Notes under the pieces: generated by a model
The model's database searches: none
What the model saw: only the letters and a program-made list of their open reading frames with translations
Told to the model about the DNA's origin: nothing
In this document: positions 1 through 9,513 of the stretch, one piece after another
How the letters are laid out: every line of letters begins with the position of its first letter
Numbering within the stretch: position 1 is the first letter of the stretch
Position numbers and translations under genes: made by a program
DNA from: Candidatus Woesebacteria bacterium RIFCSPLOWO2_01_FULL_39_23
GTDB taxonomy: Bacteria > Patescibacteriota > Microgenomatia > UBA8517
Direction of reading: 5' to 3'
NCBI GenBank assembly: GCA_001793095.1
Contig: MGHG01000008.1
Span: forward strand, 269 to 64,268
Length of the DNA: 64,000 bases

Positions 1-1
1 C

Positions 2-3000
2 TGGGACGGTTTCCTTGATGAAATAGTTATCTATCCATATGCCCGTTCCGCTGACCAAGTCAAAGCCGATATTCTCGGTTCCCAGCTAGCTACCAGCTAC
101 GGTCTACTTGCTGCTGACCCTCTTACAGAGGGTCTTGTTGGTTATTGGAAAATGGATGACGCCGGAATTGATGCGGAAGGTGAAACATCTACCGATTACT
201 CTGGAAATGGAAAATCGGGAACACTCTACGGAGATAATGGAGTTGGCGATAACGGCACCGGAATGGACTGCGTTTCGGCAGGTAAATTCGGAACGGCCTG
301 TAATTTTGATGGAACTGACGATTACGTTGAAGCCACCACTGTTTCTGCTAATACCGGTAGTGAACTAACAATGTCCGCCTGGGTAAAACCGAGTAACTTT
401 TCGGCTATTCAAACTTTTTTTGGCTATGGATTGGTCAACGACTGGATAAACCTCAGGGTTTACACAAACTCAAAAATTCAAGTCTGGGACGATATAAATG
501 ATAATAATATCGCCATTAATACCACTACCACCCTTACCTCGGGTGTTTGGTATTACGTAACACTAGTACTCCAATCTGACGGTACAAAACAAGTTTTTAT
601 AAATGGGTCGCTCGAAACTACCGCCACCGGAACGACTACCGTAGCATCAGATATTGCTACCGGAACCGTCGGCATCGGCAGGAGAAGTTTTACCACCACG
701 CCGGAATCATTTACCGGAATGGTTGACGAAGCGCGTATCTACAACCGTGCTTTAACCCCGAGTGAAGTCGAGGGGCTTTACCGTTGGGCACCGGGACCGG
801 TAGCGTACTACAAATTTGACGAAGGAACAGGCACTTCCAACGTCTACGACTCCTCCGGCAATGGCTTGACCGGTACCATGAACGGTTCAATGACCGAATC
901 TGATTGGGTCCCGGGAAAGTTCGGCAAAGCTTTGGATTTTGATGGCAGCGATGACTATATTGAGATCGGTAGCAGCTCAAAGGTTGATAACTCCTCTGCG
1001 GGAACTTTAGAAGCATGGATAAAACTTGATGTTATTTCCACAGAACAGTCCATTTTTAACTTCGGAGGGGCCGCAGTGGCAAATGCTGGGCGTTTTAATT
1101 TTTACATTGGCTCCAATAATCGTTTGTACATAGTGCAACAAACCGATGGAGGCACTCTTTATGGAGTATTGTCGGGAACTGGAACGGATTTTGCTGCCAA
1201 CACTTGGTACTACGTATCTGCAGTATCGGATGGTAGCACTTATACTTTATACATAAATGGGGTAAGTGTTTCGCTTGTCGCAACAGGAGGAGGTAACAAT
1301 GGAAACTGGTTCTCAGATACAAGTGTAACAGAAACAGATAGATCAGTTATCGGTCGCCGATACTATAATGGATCATGGTCCATTCCGTTCAATGGAAATG
1401 TCGACGATGTCAAAATCTATAACTACGCCCGGACGCCTGCTCAAATTATCGAAGACATGAATGCTTCTCATCCTGCACCAGGATCACCAGTAGGCTCGGC
1501 GGTTGGACATTGGCGATTCGATGAAGGTTACGGCGACACCGCAAATAACGCAGGTTCCGGCGACACTTCATTAAATGGCAACCTCGGGGGTGCTACTTCC
1601 TGTCCCCAATCCGGTGATTCAGCATGTCCATCTTGGACAAACAGCGGAAAATTTAGTAAAGCACTCAATTTTGATACTAGCGGCACAACCGACGATTACG
1701 TAACTATTCCTGAAGTATCAACTTTTCCCAGTGGCGGAACAATTAGTGTCTGGATTAAACCCGCTACTGGGTACGGACAACGAATCGTAACTATAGATGG
1801 CGTACTAGTGGGAACATTTGACTCAGATGAGATGTGGATGTGTGCAGACGGCAATGGATGTAATTTTGTCGTAGGAGCAGACAATATGCCACCTATTGGC
1901 TCCTGGAGCAACATTATTATGACGTGGGATAACAGCAATTTATATTACTATCTAAACGGAAGATTTGTAATTAGCCGCCCCGATTCCGGATTTGCAGAAG
2001 CTGGCAGAGGCTCATATATTGGAACGGGTGACACTGGAAGTGGTCCGATTAACCACTTTAACGGAATCATTGACGAAGTTAAAATCTACAACCTTGCTCT
2101 AACCGCCGATCAAGTCAAAACTGAGTTTAATCAAGGTGCCGCGACAGTATTTGGCTCTCTTGGTACCACCTCTTCTAATTCTCCTAGCTTCTCCTCCAGT
2201 GATTCCTATTGTCCACCGGGACAAGGCTCAACCTGTACTCCCCCCGTTGCTGAATGGAGGTTTGATGAAAAAACGGGAACAACCGCCTACGACACCTCAA
2301 CCAATGGGAACAACGCTATTCTTGGTGAAGACGGTGCTGGCAGTGACGTACCCGTCTGGCGACATAGTGGAGTCTGTAAACATGGAGCGTGTCTAGAATT
2401 CGATGGCGGTGACGATGACACTTCGGTAACATCCGGTTCAGCAATAGAAAATCTTTTTGATACTGGCGGTACCGTAAGCGTTTGGATATATCCGACGTCC
2501 ACTCTCGTAGATCTCGACAGATTACTTTTCAAGGGTGTTATCTGGGAATTACGTTTCCCAAGTCCTTCTGGCAGTACCGCCAATATTACATTCATTAAAG
2601 AATTTGATGGTAATGATGGAACTTGGAGTACAACTAGTCAACCAATAACGTTAAATTCATGGAATCACATCTCGATAACTTACAATAACGATTCTTCTTC
2701 CAACGATCCTTCTTTCTATGTTAACGGCAATCTCGCAGCAAGTAGTGAAGGTTCTACCCCTACAGGATATAGAACTAGCGATGTTGGATCACCACTGTAT
2801 GTTGGCAATAATAATAATGGAATTAGAGGTTTCCCCGGGTATATCGACGAATTAAGATTTTACAACTACGCCCGCACCCCCGCCCAAATTGCCTGGGATT
2901 ATAATCGAGGTGATCCTGTTGCCCATTGGCGCTTTGACGAATGCTCAGGGAGCGATGCTAAAGATTCTTCGGGCAATTCGTATGACGGAATCATTTATCC

Positions 3001-3643
3001 GGGCGACTCATCGGGAGACAATGATACAGTTGGAACCTGCGGCTCCGGTACAACTACCGAAATGTGGAACGATGGTACGTCCGGCAAGCGTAATGCTTCT
3101 CTCGGCTTCGACGGGACAAATGATTACACACGAGTTACTGATAATGATGTCTTTGACAGCTTAAGTCAGCTCACGATTTCTTCTTGGATAAAACCTACTA
3201 GTATTGGCCAACAAGATAGAATTATAGGAAAAAGCGACAACGGTGCCAACAAACGCCAATATCATTTAGAACTTGAGTCCGATGGGAACATTACAGGAAG
3301 AGTCTGTGGTGCCGGAACCGGCGACTGTGTTGACTTGACTTCAACAACTACACCCATAACGTCTGGAAGCTGGTCCCATATAGTTTTTACCTTTAATAGA
3401 TCTACAGGATCAAAACTATACTTTAATGGAATAGAAATAGCCAGTACTGCTTCAGTTCCCTCGGCCACTACAACGGCTAGTAATGATGTGGACTTCAGAA
3501 TCGGCGCTGCGATTGATAACGGTACTACGCTATTTAACTTCTTTGACGGCCAAATCGACGAAGTTCAGATTTACAATTACGCTTTAAATGCAACCCAGAT
3601 AAAAACTTTGTACAACGATGGAGTAGTTAAGTTTGGCAATTAA
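2..3643 (+). CDS. Large LamG/concanavalin A-like (Laminin_G_3) repeat protein, 5' end truncated by window edge
   Basis: Frame is open from position 2 (WDGFLDEIVIYPYARS...). Five or more repeats of W.FDE...AL.FDG..DY...T.S.W.KP...W.H...Y.NG...IG...F.G.IDEV.IYN.AL. Confidence 0.9.
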   Translation, partial: WDGFLDEIVIYPYARSADQVKADILGSQLATSYGLLAADPLTEGLVGYWKMDDAGIDAEGETSTDYSGNGKSGTLYGDNGVGDNGTGMDCVSAGKFGTACNFDGTDDYVEATTVSANTGSELTMSAWVKPSNFSAIQTFFGYGLVNDWINLRVYTNSKIQVWDDINDNNIAINTTTTLTSGVWYYVTLVLQSDGTKQVFINGSLETTATGTTTVASDIATGTVGIGRRSFTTTPESFTGMVDEARIYNRALTPSEVEGLYRWAPGPVAYYKFDEGTGTSNVYDSSGNGLTGTMNGSMTESDWVPGKFGKALDFDGSDDYIEIGSSSKVDNSSAGTLEAWIKLDVISTEQSIFNFGGAAVANAGRFNFYIGSNNRLYIVQQTDGGTLYGVLSGTGTDFAANTWYYVSAVSDGSTYTLYINGVSVSLVATGGGNNGNWFSDTSVTETDRSVIGRRYYNGSWSIPFNGNVDDVKIYNYARTPAQIIEDMNASHPAPGSPVGSAVGHWRFDEGYGDTANNAGSGDTSLNGNLGGATSCPQSGDSACPSWTNSGKFSKALNFDTSGTTDDYVTIPEVSTFPSGGTISVWIKPATGYGQRIVTIDGVLVGTFDSDEMWMCADGNGCNFVVGADNMPPIGSWSNIIMTWDNSNLYYYLNGRFVISRPDSGFAEAGRGSYIGTGDTGSGPINHFNGIIDEVKIYNLALTADQVKTEFNQGAATVFGSLGTTSSNSPSFSSSDSYCPPGQGSTCTPPVAEWRFDEKTGTTAYDTSTNGNNAILGEDGAGSDVPVWRHSGVCKHGACLEFDGGDDDTSVTSGSAIENLFDTGGTVSVWIYPTSTLVDLDRLLFKGVIWELRFPSPSGSTANITFIKEFDGNDGTWSTTSQPITLNSWNHISITYNNDSSSNDPSFYVNGNLAASSEGSTPTGYRTSDVGSPLYVGNNNNGIRGFPGYIDELRFYNYARTPAQIAWDYNRGDPVAHWRFDECSGSDAKDSSGNSYDGIIYPGDSSGDNDTVGTCGSGTTTEMWNDGTSGKRNASLGFDGTNDYTRVTDNDVFDSLSQLTISSWIKPTSIGQQDRIIGKSDNGANKRQYHLELESDGNITGRVCGAGTGDCVDLTSTTTPITSGSWSHIVFTFNRSTGSKLYFNGIEIASTASVPSATTTASNDVDFRIGAAIDNGTTLFNFFDGQIDEVQIYNYALNATQIKTLYNDGVVKFGN

Positions 3644-3674
3644 AAACGTAAAGTAGCGAAGCTACTAATGTTTT
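3643..3674. repeat. Hairpin A upstream of GIY-YIG gene (AAAACGT-AA-AGTAGC-GAA-GCTACT-A-ATGTTTT)
   Basis: Inverted repeat with GAA loop; structurally matching copy at 3929-3966. Confidence 0.75.
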
Positions 3675-3679
3675 AAACT

Positions 3680-3958
3680 ATGTGGTGGTACAACTACTTA
3701 TTAAAAAGCAAAAAAGATAGTAGTTGGTATATTGGTTGTACAAACAATTTAAAGAATAGAGAAAAAATGCACAATTTAGGAAAGGTGAAATCTACAAGAA
3801 ACAGTAAACCATGGGAACTAATATACTACGAGGCCTGTAAAAACAAGATTAATGCCTTTCGAAGAGAAAGATATTTAAAAAGCGGATATGGGAGAAGATT
3901 TTTGAAAAAAAGACTGATGGAATATAACTCGGAACGTAAAGTAATTGAAAATTACTAA
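3680..3958 (+). CDS. Small stand-alone GIY-YIG nuclease
   Basis: YNYLL..WYIGCT..L..R...HN..KST....PWELIYYE...A..RE..LK motif. Confidence 0.9.
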   Translation: MWWYNYLLKSKKDSSWYIGCTNNLKNREKMHNLGKVKSTRNSKPWELIYYEACKNKINAFRRERYLKSGYGRRFLKKRLMEYNSERKVIENY

Positions 3959-3966
3959 CGTTCTGA
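3929..3966. repeat. Hairpin B at 3' end of GIY-YIG gene (GAACGT-AA-AGTAATT-GAA-AATTACT-A-ACGTTC)
   Basis: Same internal loop and GAA loop as hairpin A, with compensatory stem changes. Confidence 0.75.
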
Positions 3967-4029
3967 AGGTACTGTCCACTTTGGCCCGTAAGTTACTTAA
4001 GATTCCTAAGTATCTTATAATATAACTAT

Positions 4030-4602
4030 ATGCAACCATATAAAAAACTTTTTACTTACTGGTTCGCGGTTATTATTTACGATCTGACTGTCGATTTTAC
4101 AAAAAGTTACATAAAGAGCTTCAAACTAAAAGAACAAATGGACGGGGCAGCCCGTTCCGGAAAACAAAATATAGTGGAAGGTTCCGAAGGAATGCAAACA
4201 TCTCTTAAAAGCGCAATTAAATTAACGGGGGTTGCCAAAGCGTCGTTTGAAGAGTTAATCGGCGATTTGGAAGATTACTTAAGACAAAACAATCTCAAAC
4301 AGTTCCCCAAAAATAATCCTAAAATTGAAATTTTCCGACAAAAGGCGGCCGTCCTCATTAAGAAATTAAGTGATTTTTATAAAAATGAGTCTCTCGTAAG
4401 AAACCTAAGTAACTTAAGTTACTTAGAAAAATACTTTAACACCTCCTCAGTTGAGGAAAAGGTGAACTTGCTTCTTACACTCTGTCACCAAGAAACTTTC
4501 CTCTTAAATAAACAGGTTCTTTCTCTTGAAGAAAAACACAAAACCGAAGGCGGTTTGACTGAAAAGCTCTACAAAGCAAGAGTTCAACACCGGGGATACT
4601 AA
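4030..4602 (+). CDS. Four helix bundle protein (23S rRNA IVS-protein-like) with suffix domain
   Basis: Y.KL..Y...IYDLT..F...EQM..AARSGKQNIVEG...L..VA.AS.EEL..D.ED.LRQ and C-terminal EGGLTEKLY.AR. Confidence 0.85.
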   Translation: MQPYKKLFTYWFAVIIYDLTVDFTKSYIKSFKLKEQMDGAARSGKQNIVEGSEGMQTSLKSAIKLTGVAKASFEELIGDLEDYLRQNNLKQFPKNNPKIEIFRQKAAVLIKKLSDFYKNESLVRNLSNLSYLEKYFNTSSVEEKVNLLLTLCHQETFLLNKQVLSLEEKHKTEGGLTEKLYKARVQHRGY

Positions 4603-4701
4603 TTAATCCGCGAAATCCATCGTTCAACCTTGTATTACTAATATGTAGATTGTTATACAAACTCGCTAATTGTTATAGTTGAAAATACTACAAAACTCCT
4701 C

Positions 4702-6852
4702 TTGACAAGCCATTACCAAGAGTTTAAAAAGAAAGAAGGAGATAATTTGATCTATATGGAAAGAGTATTCGAAAAAACCGAAAAATACATTCTCTTAATC
4801 ACCATTTTCTTGCTGCCGTTCACGGTTATCACTATTTCTCCTAATCCCTATGTAGTCCCCAAATTGGCTATTGCCGGGTTTGGTATCATACTACTTTTAA
4901 TACTCCTTGCCGTAAGGGTCGTGACGATCGGTAAATTTACGTTCTCACTATCAAATTACGACTTTCCGGTTTTACTTATAGCCGTTACTTATATCTCAAG
5001 TACTGTCATCAAAACTCCCAACAAGATGGAGGCACTCCTTCTTCCCGGTACAACCACCGCTGTTGTTGCCGGAGCGCTGCTTTACTTTCTGGTAAATCAG
5101 GTAAAGAACGGTAGCAAAGAGGCGCTGACAAAAATTCTCTTGATATCCGGAGCTGTCTTTTCTGCTTTCATCATTCTTGCCTTCACCGGCCTTTTTAATT
5201 CAATACCTCAACTCCCTGCTTTTATGAAAGCTAAAACATATTCTCCCGAAGGCGGATACTTGCCCTCAGCAATATATCTTTTAGCTTTGCTCCCACTGGG
5301 TATCGGTACAATCCTCTCGCAAAAGGACATTAATAAACGTGCCGTTAATGCATGTCTTACCCTATTAATATCAGCGGGCTTTCTGATCAGTGCCTGGCAT
5401 CTTCTTCCCAGCAAAGCTTTCTACCCCCGATTTCCAAGTTGGAAAGTGAGCTGGTCAGTCGCCATTGACAGTCTGAAAGAAAGTCCGATATTAGGAATAG
5501 GGCCGGGTAACTATCTGACGGCATTCTCAAGGTACAGACCAATCTCTTATAATGCAACCGATCTTTGGGCTCTTAGGTTTGCAACCGCAAACAACCACCT
5601 TATGACCGTATTCACAGAAGCCGGAATAATCGGCCTTGCTGGTTACATTATATTGGCCGTCGCCTACTATAAAAATGCCAAGCGCGACCTGAAAGAGAAA
5701 AAGCTGGTCAACTGGGGCTTTGCAGGTATTTCCGGTTTGGTCTCCTTCCTAATCCTATTCCTCACGACTCTCCTTTTCCCGGCAACGGCCCTTCTCATTA
5801 TCATGTTCTTTATTCTTCTTGCTCTGGGAGCTAAAACAACCGCAACAGCAATTAATCTGACGACTGCCGGTACAAGAGACAACCAGGAAAAGGATGTCAC
5901 CTCAAGACTTCCTGCAATCCTTGTTAGCCTGCCTGTTTTTGCTCTTGTTGTCTGGGGAGCTTACAAAGGCGGCCGGATACTTCTGGCTGAATACTATTTC
6001 CAAAGATCCTTGACAGCTCTTGCAAATAACGAAGCCAAAAATACCTACGACAACATGAGAAGGGCAATTATTCTTAATCCCCGTGTTGACAGATATCGTG
6101 CTTCTTTTTCCAGGGTGAATTTGGTCTTGGCTGACTCGGTTGCAAAGAAAGCCATTACACCTCCTCCTCCCTCCGGCCCCGAGGGCTCCAGCTCAGCAGG
6201 CATCCTCTCCGAAAAAGACCAAAACGACATTTCTCAAATGATCCAGGTTGCCATATCTGAGGCTAAAGCGACGGTTGCCTTAAACCCTCTGCGGGCTGCC
6301 AACTGGGAAATATTGGGTCGAACATATCAATCAATAATTCCTCTTGCAAAAGGAGCCGATGTTTTTGCTGCTCAATCATTCAGACAGGCAATTGCCCTGG
6401 ACCCGGTTAATCCAAGTTACAGAATAATACTGGGTGGTTTATATTACGGCGCTAAAGATTACGAGACGGCAACACGCATTTACGAACTGGCAGTTGCAAC
6501 AAAGCCTGACCTGGCCAACTCTCACTTCAACCTTGCTTATTCTTATTCCCAGCAAGGCAAGACTGATTTAGCCATTCAGCAGATGACCTTGACCTTGTCT
6601 CTCTTGGACCCCAAGAGTAAGGATTATGAAACTGCAAAAGCAGCACTTGACACTATGGAAGCAAAGAAGAAAACCGCTACTGAGGCAACCGCTGGAGAAA
6701 ATCTTACTCCTCCTGCACAGCCAACCCCGGCAATCAAGCCCCAAGTTGAATTACCCGCAGGTAGTGAACCACCTGAGGCTCCCATTACACCAACAGCTAC
6801 ACCGATCCCGGAAAATTCGGAGCCGTCCCCCACTCCCACAGTCCAACCCTAA
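4702..6852 (+). CDS. O-antigen ligase-like polytopic membrane protein with C-terminal TPRs and Pro-rich tail (probable start near 4756)
   Basis: Many TM segments; PILGIGPGNY and N......E.G..G motifs; TPR-like helices. Confidence 0.8.
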   Translation: MTSHYQEFKKKEGDNLIYMERVFEKTEKYILLITIFLLPFTVITISPNPYVVPKLAIAGFGIILLLILLAVRVVTIGKFTFSLSNYDFPVLLIAVTYISSTVIKTPNKMEALLLPGTTTAVVAGALLYFLVNQVKNGSKEALTKILLISGAVFSAFIILAFTGLFNSIPQLPAFMKAKTYSPEGGYLPSAIYLLALLPLGIGTILSQKDINKRAVNACLTLLISAGFLISAWHLLPSKAFYPRFPSWKVSWSVAIDSLKESPILGIGPGNYLTAFSRYRPISYNATDLWALRFATANNHLMTVFTEAGIIGLAGYIILAVAYYKNAKRDLKEKKLVNWGFAGISGLVSFLILFLTTLLFPATALLIIMFFILLALGAKTTATAINLTTAGTRDNQEKDVTSRLPAILVSLPVFALVVWGAYKGGRILLAEYYFQRSLTALANNEAKNTYDNMRRAIILNPRVDRYRASFSRVNLVLADSVAKKAITPPPPSGPEGSSSAGILSEKDQNDISQMIQVAISEAKATVALNPLRAANWEILGRTYQSIIPLAKGADVFAAQSFRQAIALDPVNPSYRIILGGLYYGAKDYETATRIYELAVATKPDLANSHFNLAYSYSQQGKTDLAIQQMTLTLSLLDPKSKDYETAKAALDTMEAKKKTATEATAGENLTPPAQPTPAIKPQVELPAGSEPPEAPITPTATPIPENSEPSPTPTVQP

Positions 6853-6859
6853 CTCCCCT

Positions 6860-6880
6860 TGACAGGGTCTGACCCTGTCA
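6860..6880. repeat. REP-like palindrome 1 TGACAGGGTCTGACCCTGTCA
   Basis: Perfect inverted repeat just upstream of the RAYT gene. Confidence 0.85.
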
Positions 6881-6895
6881 TCTACAGTTAATGTA

Positions 6896-7585
6896 ATGAC
6901 ACAGCGATACCGGGTAAAAACATATGTAGAAGATGCGTATTATCACGTTTTCAACAGAGGGGTAGAAAAAAGAACCATTTTCGAGGATGACAATGACTAT
7001 TCTCTGTACCTACACCTCCTTAAATACTACCTCTCACCGGAAAACCAAGGTTTGTTTCACCCATCAGAAAATTATGCAACGTATAACATAATTCGACCAA
7101 GACCTTTAACTAACTTAAGCAACGAGATTGACTTGCTTGCCTATTGCTTAATGCCTAATCATTTTCACCTGCTTATCAAGCAAAAGACAAAAAACGGAAT
7201 GACCAAACTCTTAAGAAGTATCTCTACTACTTATGCTATGTATTTTAATAAAAAGTACGATCGGGTCGGACCACTCTTTCAAGGAAGGTACAAAGCAGCT
7301 CTCGTTGACAATGATAACTATTTAATACACATCAGCCGCTATATTCACCTCAACCCTCTTGACCTAGCCTTGACAGGGACGGACCCTGTCAATTATCCAT
7401 ATTCAAGCTTTGCTTACTATGTTGGTAAGAAACAAGCCGACTGGCTAAAGCCGAATAAAGTATTAGAGCTCTTTAAAAAAGATGGTTTATTTCCCTCTAT
7501 GTTCAAATATCGTTCGTATGATAATTTTTTTGTTAAAGATATTACTGATTCAAAAGAAAAAATCGGCACACTTTCGATAGACTAG
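6896..7585 (+). CDS. REP-associated tyrosine transposase (RAYT, Y1/HUH family)
   Basis: YHVFNRG, AYCLMPNHFHLL (HUH), FQGRY, YIHLNP, YPYSS motifs. Confidence 0.9.
   Translation: MTQRYRVKTYVEDAYYHVFNRGVEKRTIFEDDNDYSLYLHLLKYYLSPENQGLFHPSENYATYNIIRPRPLTNLSNEIDLLAYCLMPNHFHLLIKQKTKNGMTKLLRSISTTYAMYFNKKYDRVGPLFQGRYKAALVDNDNYLIHISRYIHLNPLDLALTGTDPVNYPYSSFAYYVGKKQADWLKPNKVLELFKKDGLFPSMFKYRSYDNFFVKDITDSKEKIGTLSID
7370..7392. repeat. REP-like palindrome 2, inside RAYT coding frame
   Basis: TTGACAGGGACGGACCCTGTCAA, translated as LTGTDPVN. Confidence 0.85.
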
Positions 7586-7599
7586 CCGTTTTTGTACGT

Positions 7600-7620
7600 T
7601 GACAGGGACGGACCCTGTCA
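7600..7620. repeat. REP-like palindrome 3, downstream of RAYT
   Basis: TGACAGGGACGGACCCTGTCA, identical to copy 2. Confidence 0.85.
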
Positions 7621-7664
7621 GAAAGGATAAGAATTTTCGGAAGTAAATATTATATAATTAAACT

Positions 7665-8366
7665 ATGAAAAAGCTTGCAAAAGTGGTTTTTATCTATTCA
7701 ATCGTGGCTATTACCGCCAACCTCATCGCTCTCGGCTTATTCAACCCAAGCCCTCAAAATCTAATCTCAAGCGTTCTGCTTTTTCCGATACTTCTATATC
7801 TTTGGCTATTAATGACACATCCAGAAGCGGTCAGCGCGGGCAGATGGTCACTTAGACTACTACTTGTTATCTTCCTACTAAGTCTCTCCTCCGTCTACGC
7901 CCTTTATTTAGCCAACATAGGCAACATTAGATCTAAAGTAGAAGCAAAAAATACTGATCCGTCAAAAATTACCGCCTTAGAAAGCGAAATTGCTAAACTG
8001 AGAGCCGAAAAAAAAGATAATCAGAAACTTAGCGATGAACTTACAAGTATCAAAGAAAAATTGGCCGAGCTTGACAGCAATGAAAATTCAACCCTCGCCG
8101 TAAGCAGCCAGAGTTCAGACCTTGCTGACCTACTTATGGAAAACGATAAAACTGATGCCCTGCTAGGCAACGTGACAATCAAAAATAATCTGACAAAGTC
8201 GGTTGACGTACTCGAGGTTGCAAATTTCAGTGCAAAACCGGTTGGTAAAATTACTTATGGTAATAATTACCCCTACTACGAGACGGATGGCAATTGGTAC
8301 AAAATCATGATCGATAACTCAGTTTTCGGATGGGTCCACGATAGAGACGTTAAAAAGATTGATTGA
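7665..8366 (+). CDS. Membrane protein with coiled coil and C-terminal bacterial SH3 domain
   Basis: Three TM segments, heptad region, GNWYKI....GWV. Confidence 0.75.
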   Translation: MKKLAKVVFIYSIVAITANLIALGLFNPSPQNLISSVLLFPILLYLWLLMTHPEAVSAGRWSLRLLLVIFLLSLSSVYALYLANIGNIRSKVEAKNTDPSKITALESEIAKLRAEKKDNQKLSDELTSIKEKLAELDSNENSTLAVSSQSSDLADLLMENDKTDALLGNVTIKNNLTKSVDVLEVANFSAKPVGKITYGNNYPYYETDGNWYKIMIDNSVFGWVHDRDVKKID

Positions 8367-8800
8367 CAAAAATGCACATGCCAACTGCCACTCCAAAGAA
8401 GTTGCTCCTTTTCTACTCGACCGCAGCTTCATTATTCTTAATAGTCAGCGCTCTTTTGACTTTAAAAACCAAAGATACTGCCATATTCCAAATTCTTATT
8501 CTTCCGGTTTTTTTATACCTTTTCTTACAAACTTTGAAGGAATTAAAAGGACTATTTAAGAAAAAAGACAATATTCCCGAGATTAAACCTCCAAGAAGTA
8601 AGGGTTTCTTCTACTTCATCTTAGTATTTTATTTTGTACTTTTGGCGTTAGGGGCAAGAAATATTCTGAAAAGTAATATTGAAAAACAAAATAAAATTAA
8701 CGACAAAAAACCGACTCCTACTTCCCAACCTTTGATTTTCAAAAATCAAAAACCGACGGCGACTGATGCAGCGAACATCAACAAATCAATAAAACAATAA
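8363..8800 (+). CDS. Hypothetical membrane protein
   Basis: Three hydrophobic segments; operon-like packing. Confidence 0.65.
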   Translation: MTKMHMPTATPKKLLLFYSTAASLFLIVSALLTLKTKDTAIFQILILPVFLYLFLQTLKELKGLFKKKDNIPEIKPPRSKGFFYFILVFYFVLLALGARNILKSNIEKQNKINDKKPTPTSQPLIFKNQKPTATDAANINKSIKQ

Positions 8801-9457
8801 ATGAAAAAGGTAATTATTTATTACGATTTTATAATTGTAAGCCTCATTGTTTTAGCGGGATTTTTCTCGGCTGAAAATATCTATCAGCTCCTTAGTGCCT
8901 CTATTTACTACCCAATCTTAATTTACTTCTTAACATTGATTATTCCGAGAAGGCAAAAGGCAGTTGTCCTCCCCAAGGAAATCGAACCAGTTACTAAAGT
9001 TATAAAACCCGGAGAAAAGGAGGAAAAACTAGAGAAACTTACAAAGATTAAGACTGGTAAAATAGATAAGGACAGACGAGTATTTTTAAAAATCATCGGA
9101 ACGGCAGGAGCAACAGCCTTCATCTTTTCAATTTTTGGAGTTAAGAAAGCCCAGGCCGCATTCTTCGGCAGCGTTCCAGGTCCGGGAATTGTCGGACTCA
9201 AAGATATTGCCGGAAATAGGATCGATCCGGCACAACATCATCCGACCGACGGGTATAAAATCAGCCGCCTGGATGATTCCTCACCCGCCTATTACGGCTT
9301 TACCAATAAAGAAGCTGCATGGTTTATCATGAAAGAAGACAGCTCGGGTAATTATACGTATGCCGTAGGTTCATCCGGTTTTGATACAAACTGGACCAAC
9401 AGAAATGTCGCTCCCCCCACCGGCCCAACCTATGGTGAATTTTACGACATGTTCTAG
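8801..9457 (+). CDS. Membrane protein with internal twin-arginine (Tat-like) signal
   Basis: Two N-terminal TMs, then DRRVFLK, a hydrophobic stretch and AQA. Confidence 0.7.
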   Translation: MKKVIIYYDFIIVSLIVLAGFFSAENIYQLLSASIYYPILIYFLTLIIPRRQKAVVLPKEIEPVTKVIKPGEKEEKLEKLTKIKTGKIDKDRRVFLKIIGTAGATAFIFSIFGVKKAQAAFFGSVPGPGIVGLKDIAGNRIDPAQHHPTDGYKISRLDDSSPAYYGFTNKEAAWFIMKEDSSGNYTYAVGSSGFDTNWTNRNVAPPTGPTYGEFYDMF

Positions 9458-9513
9458 GTTCGAAGTTCGGACTTGAGCTTGAGGTAAAAAATAACTATAC
9501 TACGCTCAGCAGC

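Noticed and set aside
2-4602. Diversity-generating retroelement (four-helix protein resembles Avd, next to a lectin-like gene)
   Set aside because: No reverse transcriptase in the window and no template/variable repeat pair differing at adenines was seen.
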